Assembly: GCA_964386905.1 (NCBI GenBank)
Contig: CAYLUP010000004.1
Coordinates: forward strand, 1 to 61,356
Length of the DNA stretch: 61,356 nucleotides
DNA from: an uncultured Candidatus Saccharibacteria bacterium
GTDB taxonomy: Bacteria; Patescibacteriota; Minisyncoccia; Phycocordibacterales; UBA6899
Direction of reading: 5' to 3'
In this document: positions 17,976-28,224 of the stretch, in pieces
Layout of the letters: each line of letters starts with the position of its first letter
Position numbering within the stretch: the first letter of the stretch is position 1
Program-made: the position numbers and the translations under genes
The notes under the pieces: generated by a model
What the model was told of the DNA's origin: nothing
Seen by the model: the letters and a program-made list of their open reading frames with translations, nothing else
Database searches by the model: none

Positions 17976-19097
17976 TTAAAAAGGATTCCGAGCACCACGA
18001 ACTTCAAAATGGAGATGTGGACCAGTGGATCGTCCTGTATTTCCGAGGCCACCGAGCGTCTGTCCCCGATCCACAGATTGTCCAACTCGTACTGCGACTG
18101 ACGAGAGGTGGCTATACAGTGTCTGCGTCCCATTCGAATGTTTCACAACAACGTATTTTCCATACCCACCACCCCAACCTGATGTGTTTGCGACAATAAC
18201 AACACCGTCTGCTGCTGCACGGATAGCTGTTCCTACTGGAGCGACCAAGTCGACAGCATTATGGCCGTGGATGCCCTGAGTTTTTCGATACGATGCGAGT
18301 GGAGACAAGAAATACCCACCGACATCACGACTCGATACAAATGCGCCAGTTTTTGGAGATGTTGCCTTTGGTGCAACTGGGGTAGCGGGCATTTCTCCAT
18401 TTGGGATAATCACAGTTTGACCGACAATAATTTTTCCATCCTCAATGTCGTTATATGCAATTATTTCCTCTATATCTCCACCGTATTTCTTTGCAATTGC
18501 AGGAATTGTGTCACCTTTCTGAATTTTATGCTGTACGCTGGTGATTGGAAGGATAACCAATGTTTGTCCAACCTTCAGGGGAGATTTTTTATTCAACCCA
18601 TTTGCCCACAAAATCGTGTTTGAAGAGATGCCATACTTCAATGCAATGGATGCGACAGTATCACCCTCCTCAACAATATATGTACTAATTTCACCTCGAG
18701 CGGTTTGTTGTTGAAGCTCCGTAAGCTCAGCAACGCCCCCCATAGGGCCAGAAAGTGCAAGAAGTGCGCCACTATCCGCAACCACATATTCATGAAGTGA
18801 GCTCTGGACTTCTGATTGGGAAGAGAGAAGGGGTACGCTCTGAGAAGAAAACACGTGCTCTTCTTCAACAACTGCTGATTCGGCAAACACCCTCCCGATT
18901 AAGTCACTAAAAAAGCCTGCATAAGCGTATTTTGCAGTTCCAGCAAAAATTCCTATACATGCCATGAGGTACACGATGACATAGCGGAAATGTATAGTTG
19001 CGCTATGTGTTTGTAAAGATTTCAAATGAATAAGCCGTAGAATTAGTCGCCCAACCAGCACAGGGAGGGCACATGCCCCTCTGTATCTCATCCTCAT
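17976..19097 (-). CDS. LysM (x2) plus M23 metallopeptidase
   Basis: YIVEEGDTVASIA and HKIQKGDTIPAIA LysM repeats; HNAVD, YSHLS and TGPHLHFEV M23 motifs. Confidence 0.92.
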   Translation of the reverse strand: MRMRYRGACALPVLVGRLILRLIHLKSLQTHSATIHFRYVIVYLMACIGIFAGTAKYAYAGFFSDLIGRVFAESAVVEEEHVFSSQSVPLLSSQSEVQSSLHEYVVADSGALLALSGPMGGVAELTELQQQTARGEISTYIVEEGDTVASIALKYGISSNTILWANGLNKKSPLKVGQTLVILPITSVQHKIQKGDTIPAIAKKYGGDIEEIIAYNDIEDGKIIVGQTVIIPNGEMPATPVAPKATSPKTGAFVSSRDVGGYFLSPLASYRKTQGIHGHNAVDLVAPVGTAIRAAADGVVIVANTSGWGGGYGKYVVVKHSNGTQTLYSHLSSVAVRVGQSVDRGQTLGGLGNTGRSTGPHLHFEVRGARNPF

Positions 19098-19324
19098 TGC
19101 TTCCGTATCAGTCAGTATAGCAGAAATACGGTATTATCTCAAGCATATTTTCCAAAGAGAAAAGCCGAAAGAAGGCTATGCTGGGCCATATTCTACCACG
19201 ACATGAAAAATATCATTATTTCTAGCCATAAATTTTCCTGTGCACAACCTATCCCCAGTTTGCAATTTTACGGCCCTACATAGCCATTTTGGACAAATAA
19301 TCAACAACATGTCATATTATTCCA

Positions 19325-21301
19325 ATGAATACCTTGCTCTCTTCTTTAAACGAAAAACAACGCGAGGCTGCATCCACTCTTTCTGGTCCAGTCTTGATTG
19401 TTGCAGGAGCCGGGGCCGGAAAAACAAAGACGATTACTCATCGCATCGGAAATCTTATTCAAAGTGGAGTTCCAGCAGAACGCATTCTTGCTATTACTTT
19501 CACGAATAAGGCGGCAACAGAAATGCGCCAACGGATCTTTTCGCTTCTAGGGAGACCGCAATCGATAGGGAATAGGGTCTTTTATGCACAGGGAATTCCC
19601 TGGATAAGCACATTTCATAGTCTTGGTATTGCAATCCTAAAGGAATACGGGAATCGTATCGGCATCCCTCCTTCTGTCACAATCCTCGACCAAGACGATG
19701 CAAAAAAGCTGGTAAAAGAAGCGCTCAAGTCACTCAATATTGACCCAAAGACGCAAGACCCAGGGAAGATCCTCTCTCGGATTAGTCGACACAAAAATTC
19801 CATGGGAACGTGGGAGACGATAACTGAAACAACACCAAATCTCCGTTTTGGAGAGCTCTTATCCAACGCAATGCGCCTTTACGAAGCAGCACTTCGAAAA
19901 GCGAATGCGCTCGATTTCGATGATCTCCTCGAAAAAACTGTTCGCTTGTTATCAGACCATCCTGATATCTGCGCATTCTACAACCGCCGCTGGTCGCACA
20001 TTCATGTTGATGAATATCAAGACACAAATGATGTGCAGTACGCCCTCACAAAGCTTCTCGCGGGAGCGCAACATAATATTTGTGTCGTCGGCGACTCAGA
20101 TCAATCTATCTACTCCTGGAGAGGCGCATCTCTTGCAAACATTCTCAACTTTGAAAAAGATTACCCCGAGGCACGCGTGATTGTCCTCGAACAGAACTAC
20201 CGATCAACACAACATATCCTACATGCTGCAAATGCAGTTATTCAGCACAATACCCTTCGAAAAGAAAAGCGCCTGTTTACAGAAAATCCTCCAGGAGAGA
20301 AAATCTGTGTCCTCTCTGGATATGATGAGGGGGACGAAGCGAGAAAAATAGTCGAACGCATTTCTCATCTTCTTACTCAAGGAGTTGAACCAAAAGATAT
20401 CGCAATACTCTATCGCACGAATGTACAAAGTCGTGTCCTTGAAGAAGCGATGCTCTTTGCGGGTATCCCATATCAAGTCCTTGGAACACGCTTTTATGAC
20501 CGAAAAGAAGTTAAGGACCTTGTCGCATATATCCGTGCAGCGCAAAATAAAGAAAATGGAATTGATATCGCGCGCATCATCAATGTCCCAGCACGAGGGA
20601 TTGGAGAAAAAACACTCGAAAAAGTGCTCCGAGGGGGGATAGACACGTTGAGCACATCAATGCAGCAAAAAGTGCATCAGTTTTATACATTACTCTCTCG
20701 ACTGAAGGAGGCCTCCCAAACACAAAAACCCTCTGAGTATATTCTCTTCGCCATTAAAGAAACTGGGCTTGAATCGTTATATGCCGATGGCGACGAAGAA
20801 GACAATGAGCGAAAGGGGAATATGTACGAGCTCGTTTCTATCGCACGACGATATGATGATATGGGGCCAGATGGAATAGCAGCATTTCTTGATGATGTTG
20901 CACTTGAAGGGGAACAGGACCGAATGACGGGAGCAAATGCCGTTCGACTCATGACTGTCCACGCATCAAAAGGACTCGAATTTGATTACGTCTTTATTTC
21001 CGGCCTCGAGCAAGACCTCTTTCCCTCAAACAAAACGCGAGAGCATGAATCCTTAGAATCCCAAGAAGAAGAGCGTCGGCTCTTCTATGTCGCGATCACT
21101 CGTGCAGCGAAGCGTGTCTTCTTGTCTCATGCATCAATGCGTACTGTCTTTGGGAGTCGAAATTTTACAACCCGGAGTGAATTTATTGACGATATCGACG
21201 TATCTCTTCTGGAAGAAGACACACCAAAAATCGAGCAAAAACCGAAAAGAAAAATCAGCCTTCTCGACGATCCATTTGATGAAGAAACATATTTTTGGTA
21301 A
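19325..21301 (+). CDS. pcrA: UvrD/PcrA superfamily 1 DNA helicase
   Basis: VAGAGAGKT, ITFTNKAA, VDEYQDTN, EQNYRST, LMTVHASKGLEF and EERRLFYVAITRA. Confidence 0.96.
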   Translation: MNTLLSSLNEKQREAASTLSGPVLIVAGAGAGKTKTITHRIGNLIQSGVPAERILAITFTNKAATEMRQRIFSLLGRPQSIGNRVFYAQGIPWISTFHSLGIAILKEYGNRIGIPPSVTILDQDDAKKLVKEALKSLNIDPKTQDPGKILSRISRHKNSMGTWETITETTPNLRFGELLSNAMRLYEAALRKANALDFDDLLEKTVRLLSDHPDICAFYNRRWSHIHVDEYQDTNDVQYALTKLLAGAQHNICVVGDSDQSIYSWRGASLANILNFEKDYPEARVIVLEQNYRSTQHILHAANAVIQHNTLRKEKRLFTENPPGEKICVLSGYDEGDEARKIVERISHLLTQGVEPKDIAILYRTNVQSRVLEEAMLFAGIPYQVLGTRFYDRKEVKDLVAYIRAAQNKENGIDIARIINVPARGIGEKTLEKVLRGGIDTLSTSMQQKVHQFYTLLSRLKEASQTQKPSEYILFAIKETGLESLYADGDEEDNERKGNMYELVSIARRYDDMGPDGIAAFLDDVALEGEQDRMTGANAVRLMTVHASKGLEFDYVFISGLEQDLFPSNKTREHESLESQEEERRLFYVAITRAAKRVFLSHASMRTVFGSRNFTTRSEFIDDIDVSLLEEDTPKIEQKPKRKISLLDDPFDEETYFW

Positions 21302-21352
21302 ATCGCGCATGCGCGATTTTTGTTTTCTCGCCTCCTGTGGTACTGTACATCC

Positions 21353-22195
21353 ATGAGTCTTTATGCGAAGAAAACACTCGGACAACATTTCCTCAAATCA
21401 GACAAAGCGATTCGGGAAATAGTACAAGCAGGAAATGTTACTTCTGCAGACATTGTCCTAGAAATTGGGCCCGGAGAGGGGGTGCTCACTGAGGCACTTC
21501 TTCAGACAGGGGCGACAGTGTTTGCTGTAGAGATGGATGATCGCTGTATCCCCGTGCTCACCGAGCGATTCTCCCCATATATTGCACAAAAGAAATTTAT
21601 CCTTCTCCATGGAGATGTTCGGGACGGAAATCTGCTCTCCCTTTTGTTTTCACCATCACACATCGGGGGCACACCCTACAAACTGATCGCAAATATTCCA
21701 TACTACATCACAGGTCTTCTCTTTCGCATGTTTTTAGAGACTCAACCACCTGTTCAACAACCAACCTGCATGGTATATCTTATTCAAAAAGAAGTTGCGG
21801 AAGAGCTTGTCGGAAGAAAAGGAAAGCTAGGGAACCTCTCCCTCGCCGCGCTACTCTATGGGACTCCGAAGCTCATATCCAAGGTGCCAAAAGGTGCCTT
21901 TCTCCCTCCACCAAAGGTTGACTCTGCCATCATCGCCATTACAAATATCTCAAAACAACACGTCCAAGGTTTTACTGAAACAGAGTACTTCGCTGTTGTC
22001 CATGCAGGATTAGCAAAAAAGAGAAAACAACTCTTTGGAAATCTTCGTGAGCATTTCCGGATTCCTCAAGAACACCTTGAGTCAATTTTCACCGAACTCA
22101 ATATTGAAAAATCTATTCGAGGGGAAGACCTTCCTTTTCCTTCCTGGATTTCACTCGTTCAAGCACTCTCAAAACAAAAACTCATCACAACGTGA
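21353..22195 (+). CDS. rsmA: 16S rRNA dimethyladenosine transferase
   Basis: KKTLGQHFL, LEIGPGEG, IANIPYYIT and FLPPPKVDSA. Confidence 0.96.
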   Translation: MSLYAKKTLGQHFLKSDKAIREIVQAGNVTSADIVLEIGPGEGVLTEALLQTGATVFAVEMDDRCIPVLTERFSPYIAQKKFILLHGDVRDGNLLSLLFSPSHIGGTPYKLIANIPYYITGLLFRMFLETQPPVQQPTCMVYLIQKEVAEELVGRKGKLGNLSLAALLYGTPKLISKVPKGAFLPPPKVDSAIIAITNISKQHVQGFTETEYFAVVHAGLAKKRKQLFGNLREHFRIPQEHLESIFTELNIEKSIRGEDLPFPSWISLVQALSKQKLITT

Positions 22196-22205
22196 TGAGT
22201 TTTTG

Positions 22206-22568
22206 TTATTTCGAAGGGAGAGAAGTTCCCATCATAATGATTGGCATTCCCGCCCCCGAAGGAGCACACCCCGTGCCAGCATAGACCATACATGGCACAG
22301 GAGTCATACTTGCTGTTCCAATCTGCTGGACTCCTGGAATAAGAGCCATAAAATACATATATAATGTTGTAACACCAGGATAATAAATAAACATTCCTGG
22401 TTTTGGTCCAGTGATAGTCAGAAGATATGCATTCATGCACGTGCAGTAAAAAACGGTTGTCAACCTGCCACCAAACGCATACAGAGGGCTTGTCGCATAT
22501 GCGGATGTTGCAGTTGAACCAAATACAAGTGTGCACACAAGAGTAAATGAAATTATTTGGCGTTTCAT
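22206..22568 (-). CDS. Small secreted Cys-containing protein
   Basis: Signal peptide ending AYA; YCTC and PCMVYAGTGC Cys pairs; adjacent to PG-binding genes. Confidence 0.7.
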   Translation of the reverse strand: MKRQIISFTLVCTLVFGSTATSAYATSPLYAFGGRLTTVFYCTCMNAYLLTITGPKPGMFIYYPGVTTLYMYFMALIPGVQQIGTASMTPVPCMVYAGTGCAPSGAGMPIIMMGTSLPSK

Positions 22569-22569
22569 A

Positions 22570-23355
22570 TTATTGGAGCGTAAGTTGCAACACATTAGAA
22601 TACTGCCCATCAACCCCAACAACGATGAAAAATGGAAGTTCATTTGGAAGGACGCCTTCTTTCGTACGCATGTTTTGGTCAGCATCAAGAACGATCTCTA
22701 ATTCGGTCCCCCCATTATAGGAAGAAACATTTTCATATCTTTTCACTGTGGTAAGTATTTCATTTTCGTCTGGAGAAAAATATTCTCCCGTAATACGTAT
22801 GCGTGTTCCAATATTTCCTTGGGTTGGGGAAATCGAACGAAGCACTGGTTTTCGATTTTGAACGGTAGGCGTTGTGACTACAGAAGGGGCAGGAGAAAAT
22901 ACAGGCGGCAGGAGTTCTGTCTTGGCCCGGTTTGACACCTCCTCCTGGATACGCGCAATTTCGTCTCTTATCCAAGACACAGTATTATTTGTCGCTTGTG
23001 TGTCTTCTTTTTTTTCACACAATACCTGCTGTACAAACATTCTTGATTTTTCTCCAAAATATCCAGTTGGTGTACTGATCCCGAGAGGGAGTAATACAGT
23101 TTGTGCGTGTGTTTTTTGAAATTCTCCTACCGCACGTTTTGTTGCTTGCCCAAAATATGTTGTTTCCAAGCCAGGTGACCCTGGTCCAGAGAGAGAAACA
23201 GGAAATCCATTTGTATTGAGATATTTCTGAAGCTCACGAACATCTTCCCCCGAAGAACCGACCGAGAGGTTTCGAGGAAACTGTGTACAAGCAAAAGATG
23301 ACACTGGAAACAACAAGAGAATAACCGCGTAGGTAATTGTTGAAATATGATTCAT
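22570..23355 (-). CDS. Secreted peptidoglycan-binding protein with IPT/TIG-like domain
   Basis: LSVGSSGEDVRELQKYLN...GPGSPGLETTYFGQATKRAV PG_binding_1 pattern; C-terminal SISPTQG..GTRIRITG. Confidence 0.85.
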   Translation of the reverse strand: MNHISTITYAVILLLFPVSSFACTQFPRNLSVGSSGEDVRELQKYLNTNGFPVSLSGPGSPGLETTYFGQATKRAVGEFQKTHAQTVLLPLGISTPTGYFGEKSRMFVQQVLCEKKEDTQATNNTVSWIRDEIARIQEEVSNRAKTELLPPVFSPAPSVVTTPTVQNRKPVLRSISPTQGNIGTRIRITGEYFSPDENEILTTVKRYENVSSYNGGTELEIVLDADQNMRTKEGVLPNELPFFIVVGVDGQYSNVLQLTLQ

Positions 23356-23394
23356 GATGTTCTGTATTATATTATGCGTCCCCGTTTGCGTATG

Positions 23395-24312
23395 TTATGG
23401 TCGGACTGTCCCGCCTTGAAGTTCTATAACACGCACGGAAAGCACTTGCTCCGCAGGCGCCCCAGCAACACGGAGAGCATATGTCCCCGGAGTGATATTT
23501 CTTGGCACTACAAATTCCAGCGCGAGTCCATATAATTGAGCGACAGTATCTCCTATTTCCATATTTTGGAGATATACTTTTTGTCCACTCGCCAACCCAG
23601 AACCATAAATCGTCGCTTTCTGTCCTGGAATAAGCAAAATTGGGGTTACAGCATCAAGTGAAACTCCAGTTCGTAACTGTGCACCAGGGAGGAGTTCTCC
23701 TTCTGGACCAACCACACTTTGAATATACTGTAGAGCCGTGCTCACTCGCAACTGCATCTCTTTCATATAGTCAAACTGCTGAATTGTTTTTTGCATTTCT
23801 ATAGAGTGCTTCAAACTCTCAATTCTCATTTCTGCGGACGCAATAGTCATACGCTTTTTCAAGTCGTCTACCTTTGCAAAAAGTGCTCTCTTTCTCGATT
23901 GAATCTCTTCTGCGGTAGGAATCGCTTTATCAAAATCTATGGACATTGTTTCTGGGTCAAATGAAATATCCCCCAACGAGGAAGACCCGCGACCAAGGTG
24001 TGCCCGCGTACTCTTACCCACAACGCCAGTGGGTGTTGTTAGATTTTGTGGGTGCAGTATTTCAGCGGCAAAATGTTGCTGATATTTTTTTACAGCCTGC
24101 TCAGTTGCGCGCCCAAAAAAAGTTGTTTCATTCCCCGGTGAACCAGGTCCTTCATATGCAATGCGCGTTTGAGGTAAGGCATTAAGCAATACTTGAAGCT
24201 CTCGGACATCTGTACCACTCATACCATAGCGGAGAGTACGCTCAATTGCCGCTTCTCCAATAAGGGGAGTCCATATAAGAAGGGATACAAGAATATAATG
24301 CGTGTGTTTCAT
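23395..24312 (-). CDS. Secreted peptidoglycan-binding protein (paralogous domain), coiled-coil linker, Ig-like end
   Basis: LRYGMSGTDVRELQVLLN...GPGSPGNETTFFGRATEQAVKKYQ. Start trimmed to 24312. Confidence 0.85.
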   Translation of the reverse strand: MKHTHYILVSLLIWTPLIGEAAIERTLRYGMSGTDVRELQVLLNALPQTRIAYEGPGSPGNETTFFGRATEQAVKKYQQHFAAEILHPQNLTTPTGVVGKSTRAHLGRGSSSLGDISFDPETMSIDFDKAIPTAEEIQSRKRALFAKVDDLKKRMTIASAEMRIESLKHSIEMQKTIQQFDYMKEMQLRVSTALQYIQSVVGPEGELLPGAQLRTGVSLDAVTPILLIPGQKATIYGSGLASGQKVYLQNMEIGDTVAQLYGLALEFVVPRNITPGTYALRVAGAPAEQVLSVRVIELQGGTVRP

Positions 24313-24375
24313 GCATACATTATATATCAAAAGATGAAGCCACAAAAGAAAACGAAAGCATGGTACAATATGCGC

Positions 24376-25326
24376 ATGAAACAGATTCTCTCTTTTCTCC
24401 GTGAACACAAGGCGGTGATTGCGAGTACAGGCATCGCTTTGGGTATTGTCCTTATTGGCTGGTACACACTTCTCTCGCCAACAACAATTACTCCCCCAAG
24501 CACGCAGGAGACATCAGGGCCTATAGAAAAAGTTCCAGAAGTGGATTCTGATGGGGATGGAATGCCAGATTGGGTAGAATTTGCATATGGGACAAACCCG
24601 CATGACCCCGACACAGATAAAGACGGAACCACAGATAATGAAGAGCTCTCTCTCGGTAGAAACCCACTTGTTGCAGGACCACAAGATATCCTTCACATTT
24701 TAAGCACCACACAAACAGCAGCATCATCAACAGAACAAGATCCGGCACTTTTTCTCAATGCATTTCTCAGTTCACAGGCACGTACGGTTCAAACGTCAGT
24801 TGTACGAGAACTTCTTGCACAGTTTGATCCAAAAGAAGTTCAAGATCGGTATAGCATTAAAGATCTTCGGGTTTCCTATGAGATCTCCGCATCTTCAACA
24901 AAACACTACGCAAATACAATTGCTGCGCTTTTCGAAAAATATCGAAAAGCGAACATCGAATCCGAGGTCACGCTTTTAAAGAAAGCACTTGAATCAAGAA
25001 AGGCAAGTGATCTCTCAAAAATCGAACTCCCCGCACTTCAATATCGGGATATTAGTGCTGAGCTTCGCACAATTACTATCCCAACCTCATTCGCACAAAC
25101 ACATCTTGAACTCGTGAATGCGTTTGACGTCATGAGTAGGGGACTTATGTTTACAACGCAACTCTTTACTGAACCCATTGTTGGGAGCGGTGGATGGCAG
25201 GCATATTTTGTAAAATCTATTCTCTTGAACAAAATATTTTCGGACATTATCCTGAAAGTACAAGATGCACAGATTGTATTTACCCCAGATGAACCTGGTA
25301 TTATTTTCCAAGACAAGATACAATAA
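24376..25326 (+). CDS. Membrane-anchored protein with DxDxDG Ca-binding (TSP3-like) repeats
   Basis: N-terminal TM segment, then DSDGDGMPDWVE...TNPHDPDTDKDGTTDNEE. Confidence 0.8.
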   Translation: MKQILSFLREHKAVIASTGIALGIVLIGWYTLLSPTTITPPSTQETSGPIEKVPEVDSDGDGMPDWVEFAYGTNPHDPDTDKDGTTDNEELSLGRNPLVAGPQDILHILSTTQTAASSTEQDPALFLNAFLSSQARTVQTSVVRELLAQFDPKEVQDRYSIKDLRVSYEISASSTKHYANTIAALFEKYRKANIESEVTLLKKALESRKASDLSKIELPALQYRDISAELRTITIPTSFAQTHLELVNAFDVMSRGLMFTTQLFTEPIVGSGGWQAYFVKSILLNKIFSDIILKVQDAQIVFTPDEPGIIFQDKIQ

Positions 25327-25330
25327 AGTT

Positions 25331-26515
25331 ATGAATCGTTTTGTATATACAGTATTCGCAACTCTCGGCATCTTTGCGGGTATTCCTTTTATTGCACATG
25401 CTGCAGACACCGTATATGTCGACTGTCGTCCACAAGATCCACTCGCTCTTACGACGGTATACTGTCGCACAAGCGGACTCCCATACATGGACAAACTTCA
25501 TATTAGCTGGTTCATAGGAGAAAACTTTACCGAAGGGGCTATTGGTCAAACAAGTTTCTCTTTCCGAACTGCAGCGTCAGGAACAGCATATATGGTCCAG
25601 GCGCAAGTACGGAAAAGTGATGGCACTACCGTTGTTGGAAGTACAGCCTTTCAAACACGAAGCTTTGGCACCACTCGAGCAGAGGCACGTTTTCGAACAA
25701 TCACTAAAACATCATCTGCCGCCTTTCGTGTTCAAATCAGTCCCCCATACCCACGAGCATACACAAAAGTCACTCTCTCGCTCATTCCAACAGGAACAGG
25801 TAAAGAAATAGAGGAGCGTAGAAAAATTATTTCTGAGGCAAAAGGTGAGGATATTCAATGGTATGAAAGGGACAATAATACTGTTGCTGGAAATGGCACA
25901 ACACTTTCCATTCGACTTGCAAGCGGACTCGAAAAAGACAAGGTCCCATTCAGAGTTACCGTAAAAGGTCTTGGTGAAGTCTCAGGAGAGCTTATCCCCC
26001 AAGATAATTTTGTTCCAGAAAACGACAATTTTGCACGAGCAGGATACTGTGCCGCACAAACACTCGATCGTTTTGCAAATACAATCGAATCTCTCGACAA
26101 GGAAGTCTCACGTACCCTAGAACAACTCACCAACCTTCAACAGCAACTCGAGGAAGACTTCGAGGTCATCATGAGCTTCATGTTCACCATCACTCACGAT
26201 ATTGAACGAGATGCAGAAATGATTACTGCAGCAGCACAAGCAGTGTCAACTTGTAATGGTATCGTTGCATGTCTCCGCGCAGGGTCAAGGGGTATTATTG
26301 AAGCGCTTCGTGTCTACACGGGAGCAACAGGACTCACTGCTCGTAGAATTGCACGTTTTGAAAAAGCAATTCAAAACATTAGCACATTCAAAGAAACCGT
26401 CGAAGAACTCAAAAACCAAAAGATTCGTATGCTTGAAAGCGTTGCCGCGCAAAGCGAACGACAACTACAGCGGTGTGAACAAATGTTTCAACAAGTCAAC
26501 ACACATGGATTATAA
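25331..26515 (+). CDS. Secreted protein: beta-rich N-terminus, long helical C-terminus
   Basis: Signal peptide ending AHA; ORF continuous in the operon. Confidence 0.75.
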   Translation: MNRFVYTVFATLGIFAGIPFIAHAADTVYVDCRPQDPLALTTVYCRTSGLPYMDKLHISWFIGENFTEGAIGQTSFSFRTAASGTAYMVQAQVRKSDGTTVVGSTAFQTRSFGTTRAEARFRTITKTSSAAFRVQISPPYPRAYTKVTLSLIPTGTGKEIEERRKIISEAKGEDIQWYERDNNTVAGNGTTLSIRLASGLEKDKVPFRVTVKGLGEVSGELIPQDNFVPENDNFARAGYCAAQTLDRFANTIESLDKEVSRTLEQLTNLQQQLEEDFEVIMSFMFTITHDIERDAEMITAAAQAVSTCNGIVACLRAGSRGIIEALRVYTGATGLTARRIARFEKAIQNISTFKETVEELKNQKIRMLESVAAQSERQLQRCEQMFQQVNTHGL

Positions 26516-26569
26516 ACAGCCCCATAGGGCTGTTTCTTTATCTCGGTGTACTCATGATATACTAGACGC

Positions 26570-28123
26570 ATGGCATACAAGGCTTCAATAGTATTTACAC
26601 TTTTCTGTGCAAGCGTGCTCATTTTTTCTCAAAACGGGAAGTACGCACACGCAGCCGATGACACAGCACTTCATGTCCCTGTAAACACAGGCCTTTCTCC
26701 AGCACTTCAGTCGCTCGATAGCTCAATGAGGGATATCGTGGGTCGACTCACAACACAAACAGATATTCTTCAAAGATTGCTCTATACTGACGAAAGTTCT
26801 ATTCGCACGTTTTTATCTGCAAATCCAGGGCCAAAAGACTCTGCGGCTCTCTTTCTTCCAGGAACCACACCAACCGCAGGGGGAGGAAAAAGCGATACCC
26901 CTGTGCTTGCTTGTGCAACTCGAGCAATTACCAACCCTGACGCCGCAAGAGCACTTCCTGGAGGAGCGTGGGAAAAATTGATAAAATCTGGTGAAGTCGA
27001 CCCAACATCGTATGCTGGAGTTCGCGTGAACGACTCCTCTTCACTCTCTTGTCTTCTTCAAGAAATCGTTGAGCAAAACAAGCTCGCACTCAATTTGCAA
27101 ATTCATCAACTGCTTAACGAACATATTCGTGCAGCGCAAGCAAAAGCATTCGCAAATCAAGCACAAAATATGACGATTGCAGCAAATATTGAATGGATGA
27201 GGAAGGGAAATATTCGCACAAAAATTGATGAGAATGGAGAGGTTGTCGAAGAAAAACTCCTCTCCGTATTCGATGATCCAGAAAGCTTACAGCAAGATAC
27301 GATTGAACGCGAAACAGATGCGCTTGTTCGACTCCTCCTTGGAGGAGATGAATTGTCATCACAAGTAAAACTTGCCCCAGGTATTGATCCCTATCGCGTC
27401 GCACGCAATATTGTTATGGAAATGCGCTCAGAAAAGAGCTCACAGAAAGAAAATGCTATCCGCATCGCATCGTGTGATGTACTCGCACCACTCTCAGCTG
27501 GGGGACTCGGTTTTGAAAGCGAAGATGCGTTTCTTCGTTTTATGGGAGGAGATACATCTGTCTATAAAGGCTCATATACTGCCGTTCTTCGCGCAATGCA
27601 AGCGAATCCTGCATGTACAGAGAATGGTGTTGCAAGTGCGCTCCGCTCCCTCATACAATCTCGGTCAACACGTATCACAGAAAAGCTGGAAGCTGATAGA
27701 ATGGCAAACAATGGTATCCAATCTATATACAAATGCAAAGATGCTGATTGTTCAGAAACCGTTGTCGCCCTTCCAGGTTCTGCTGTAAGTTCAATCTTTA
27801 ATATGGGCATCACCGCGCAGGAAAGAAGGCTCGAAAACGTTGAAAACGACAAAGATCTCTCTGCTATTGAAGGAAATGAGTCTATTTCTACATCACTTTT
27901 CATTTCTGGTATTCAAGGGTTTAACACTGATCAGCTCGGCAACACCTCTGTAGATGCCGCGATAGGGAAATTCCATGATGCAATAAAAAATGGATATTTT
28001 GACCTCCAGGGAGGGACTACTGATTGGGCACTTGGTGCAATGCTTCAAATGTACGATCAGCTTGTTGGGAGAGAAGGGGAAATTCGACCAGACTCAAATA
28101 CGCAAGGACAAGGAACTCAATAA
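26570..28123 (+). CDS. Secreted hypothetical protein of the T4SS-like locus
   Basis: 517 aa with a signal-like N-terminus ending AHA; directly upstream of the VirB6-like gene. Confidence 0.75.
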   Translation: MAYKASIVFTLFCASVLIFSQNGKYAHAADDTALHVPVNTGLSPALQSLDSSMRDIVGRLTTQTDILQRLLYTDESSIRTFLSANPGPKDSAALFLPGTTPTAGGGKSDTPVLACATRAITNPDAARALPGGAWEKLIKSGEVDPTSYAGVRVNDSSSLSCLLQEIVEQNKLALNLQIHQLLNEHIRAAQAKAFANQAQNMTIAANIEWMRKGNIRTKIDENGEVVEEKLLSVFDDPESLQQDTIERETDALVRLLLGGDELSSQVKLAPGIDPYRVARNIVMEMRSEKSSQKENAIRIASCDVLAPLSAGGLGFESEDAFLRFMGGDTSVYKGSYTAVLRAMQANPACTENGVASALRSLIQSRSTRITEKLEADRMANNGIQSIYKCKDADCSETVVALPGSAVSSIFNMGITAQERRLENVENDKDLSAIEGNESISTSLFISGIQGFNTDQLGNTSVDAAIGKFHDAIKNGYFDLQGGTTDWALGAMLQMYDQLVGREGEIRPDSNTQGQGTQ

Positions 28124-28146
28124 AACACACCTTCGGGTGTGTTTTT
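28122..28146 (+). terminator. Intrinsic terminator
   Basis: AAAACACAC-CTTCGG-GTGTGTTTT hairpin. Confidence 0.65.
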
Positions 28147-28224
28147 CACAGAATAAATATTTTTACACACATATAAGAAAATCTCTGTTATAATAATACT
28201 ATCTTTTGAGGAGGAAACTGTTTT

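Noticed and set aside
19098-19324. Riboswitch upstream of the LysM-M23 gene or pcrA
   Set aside because: Only a short GCC-GAAA-type hairpin; no recognisable aptamer architecture.
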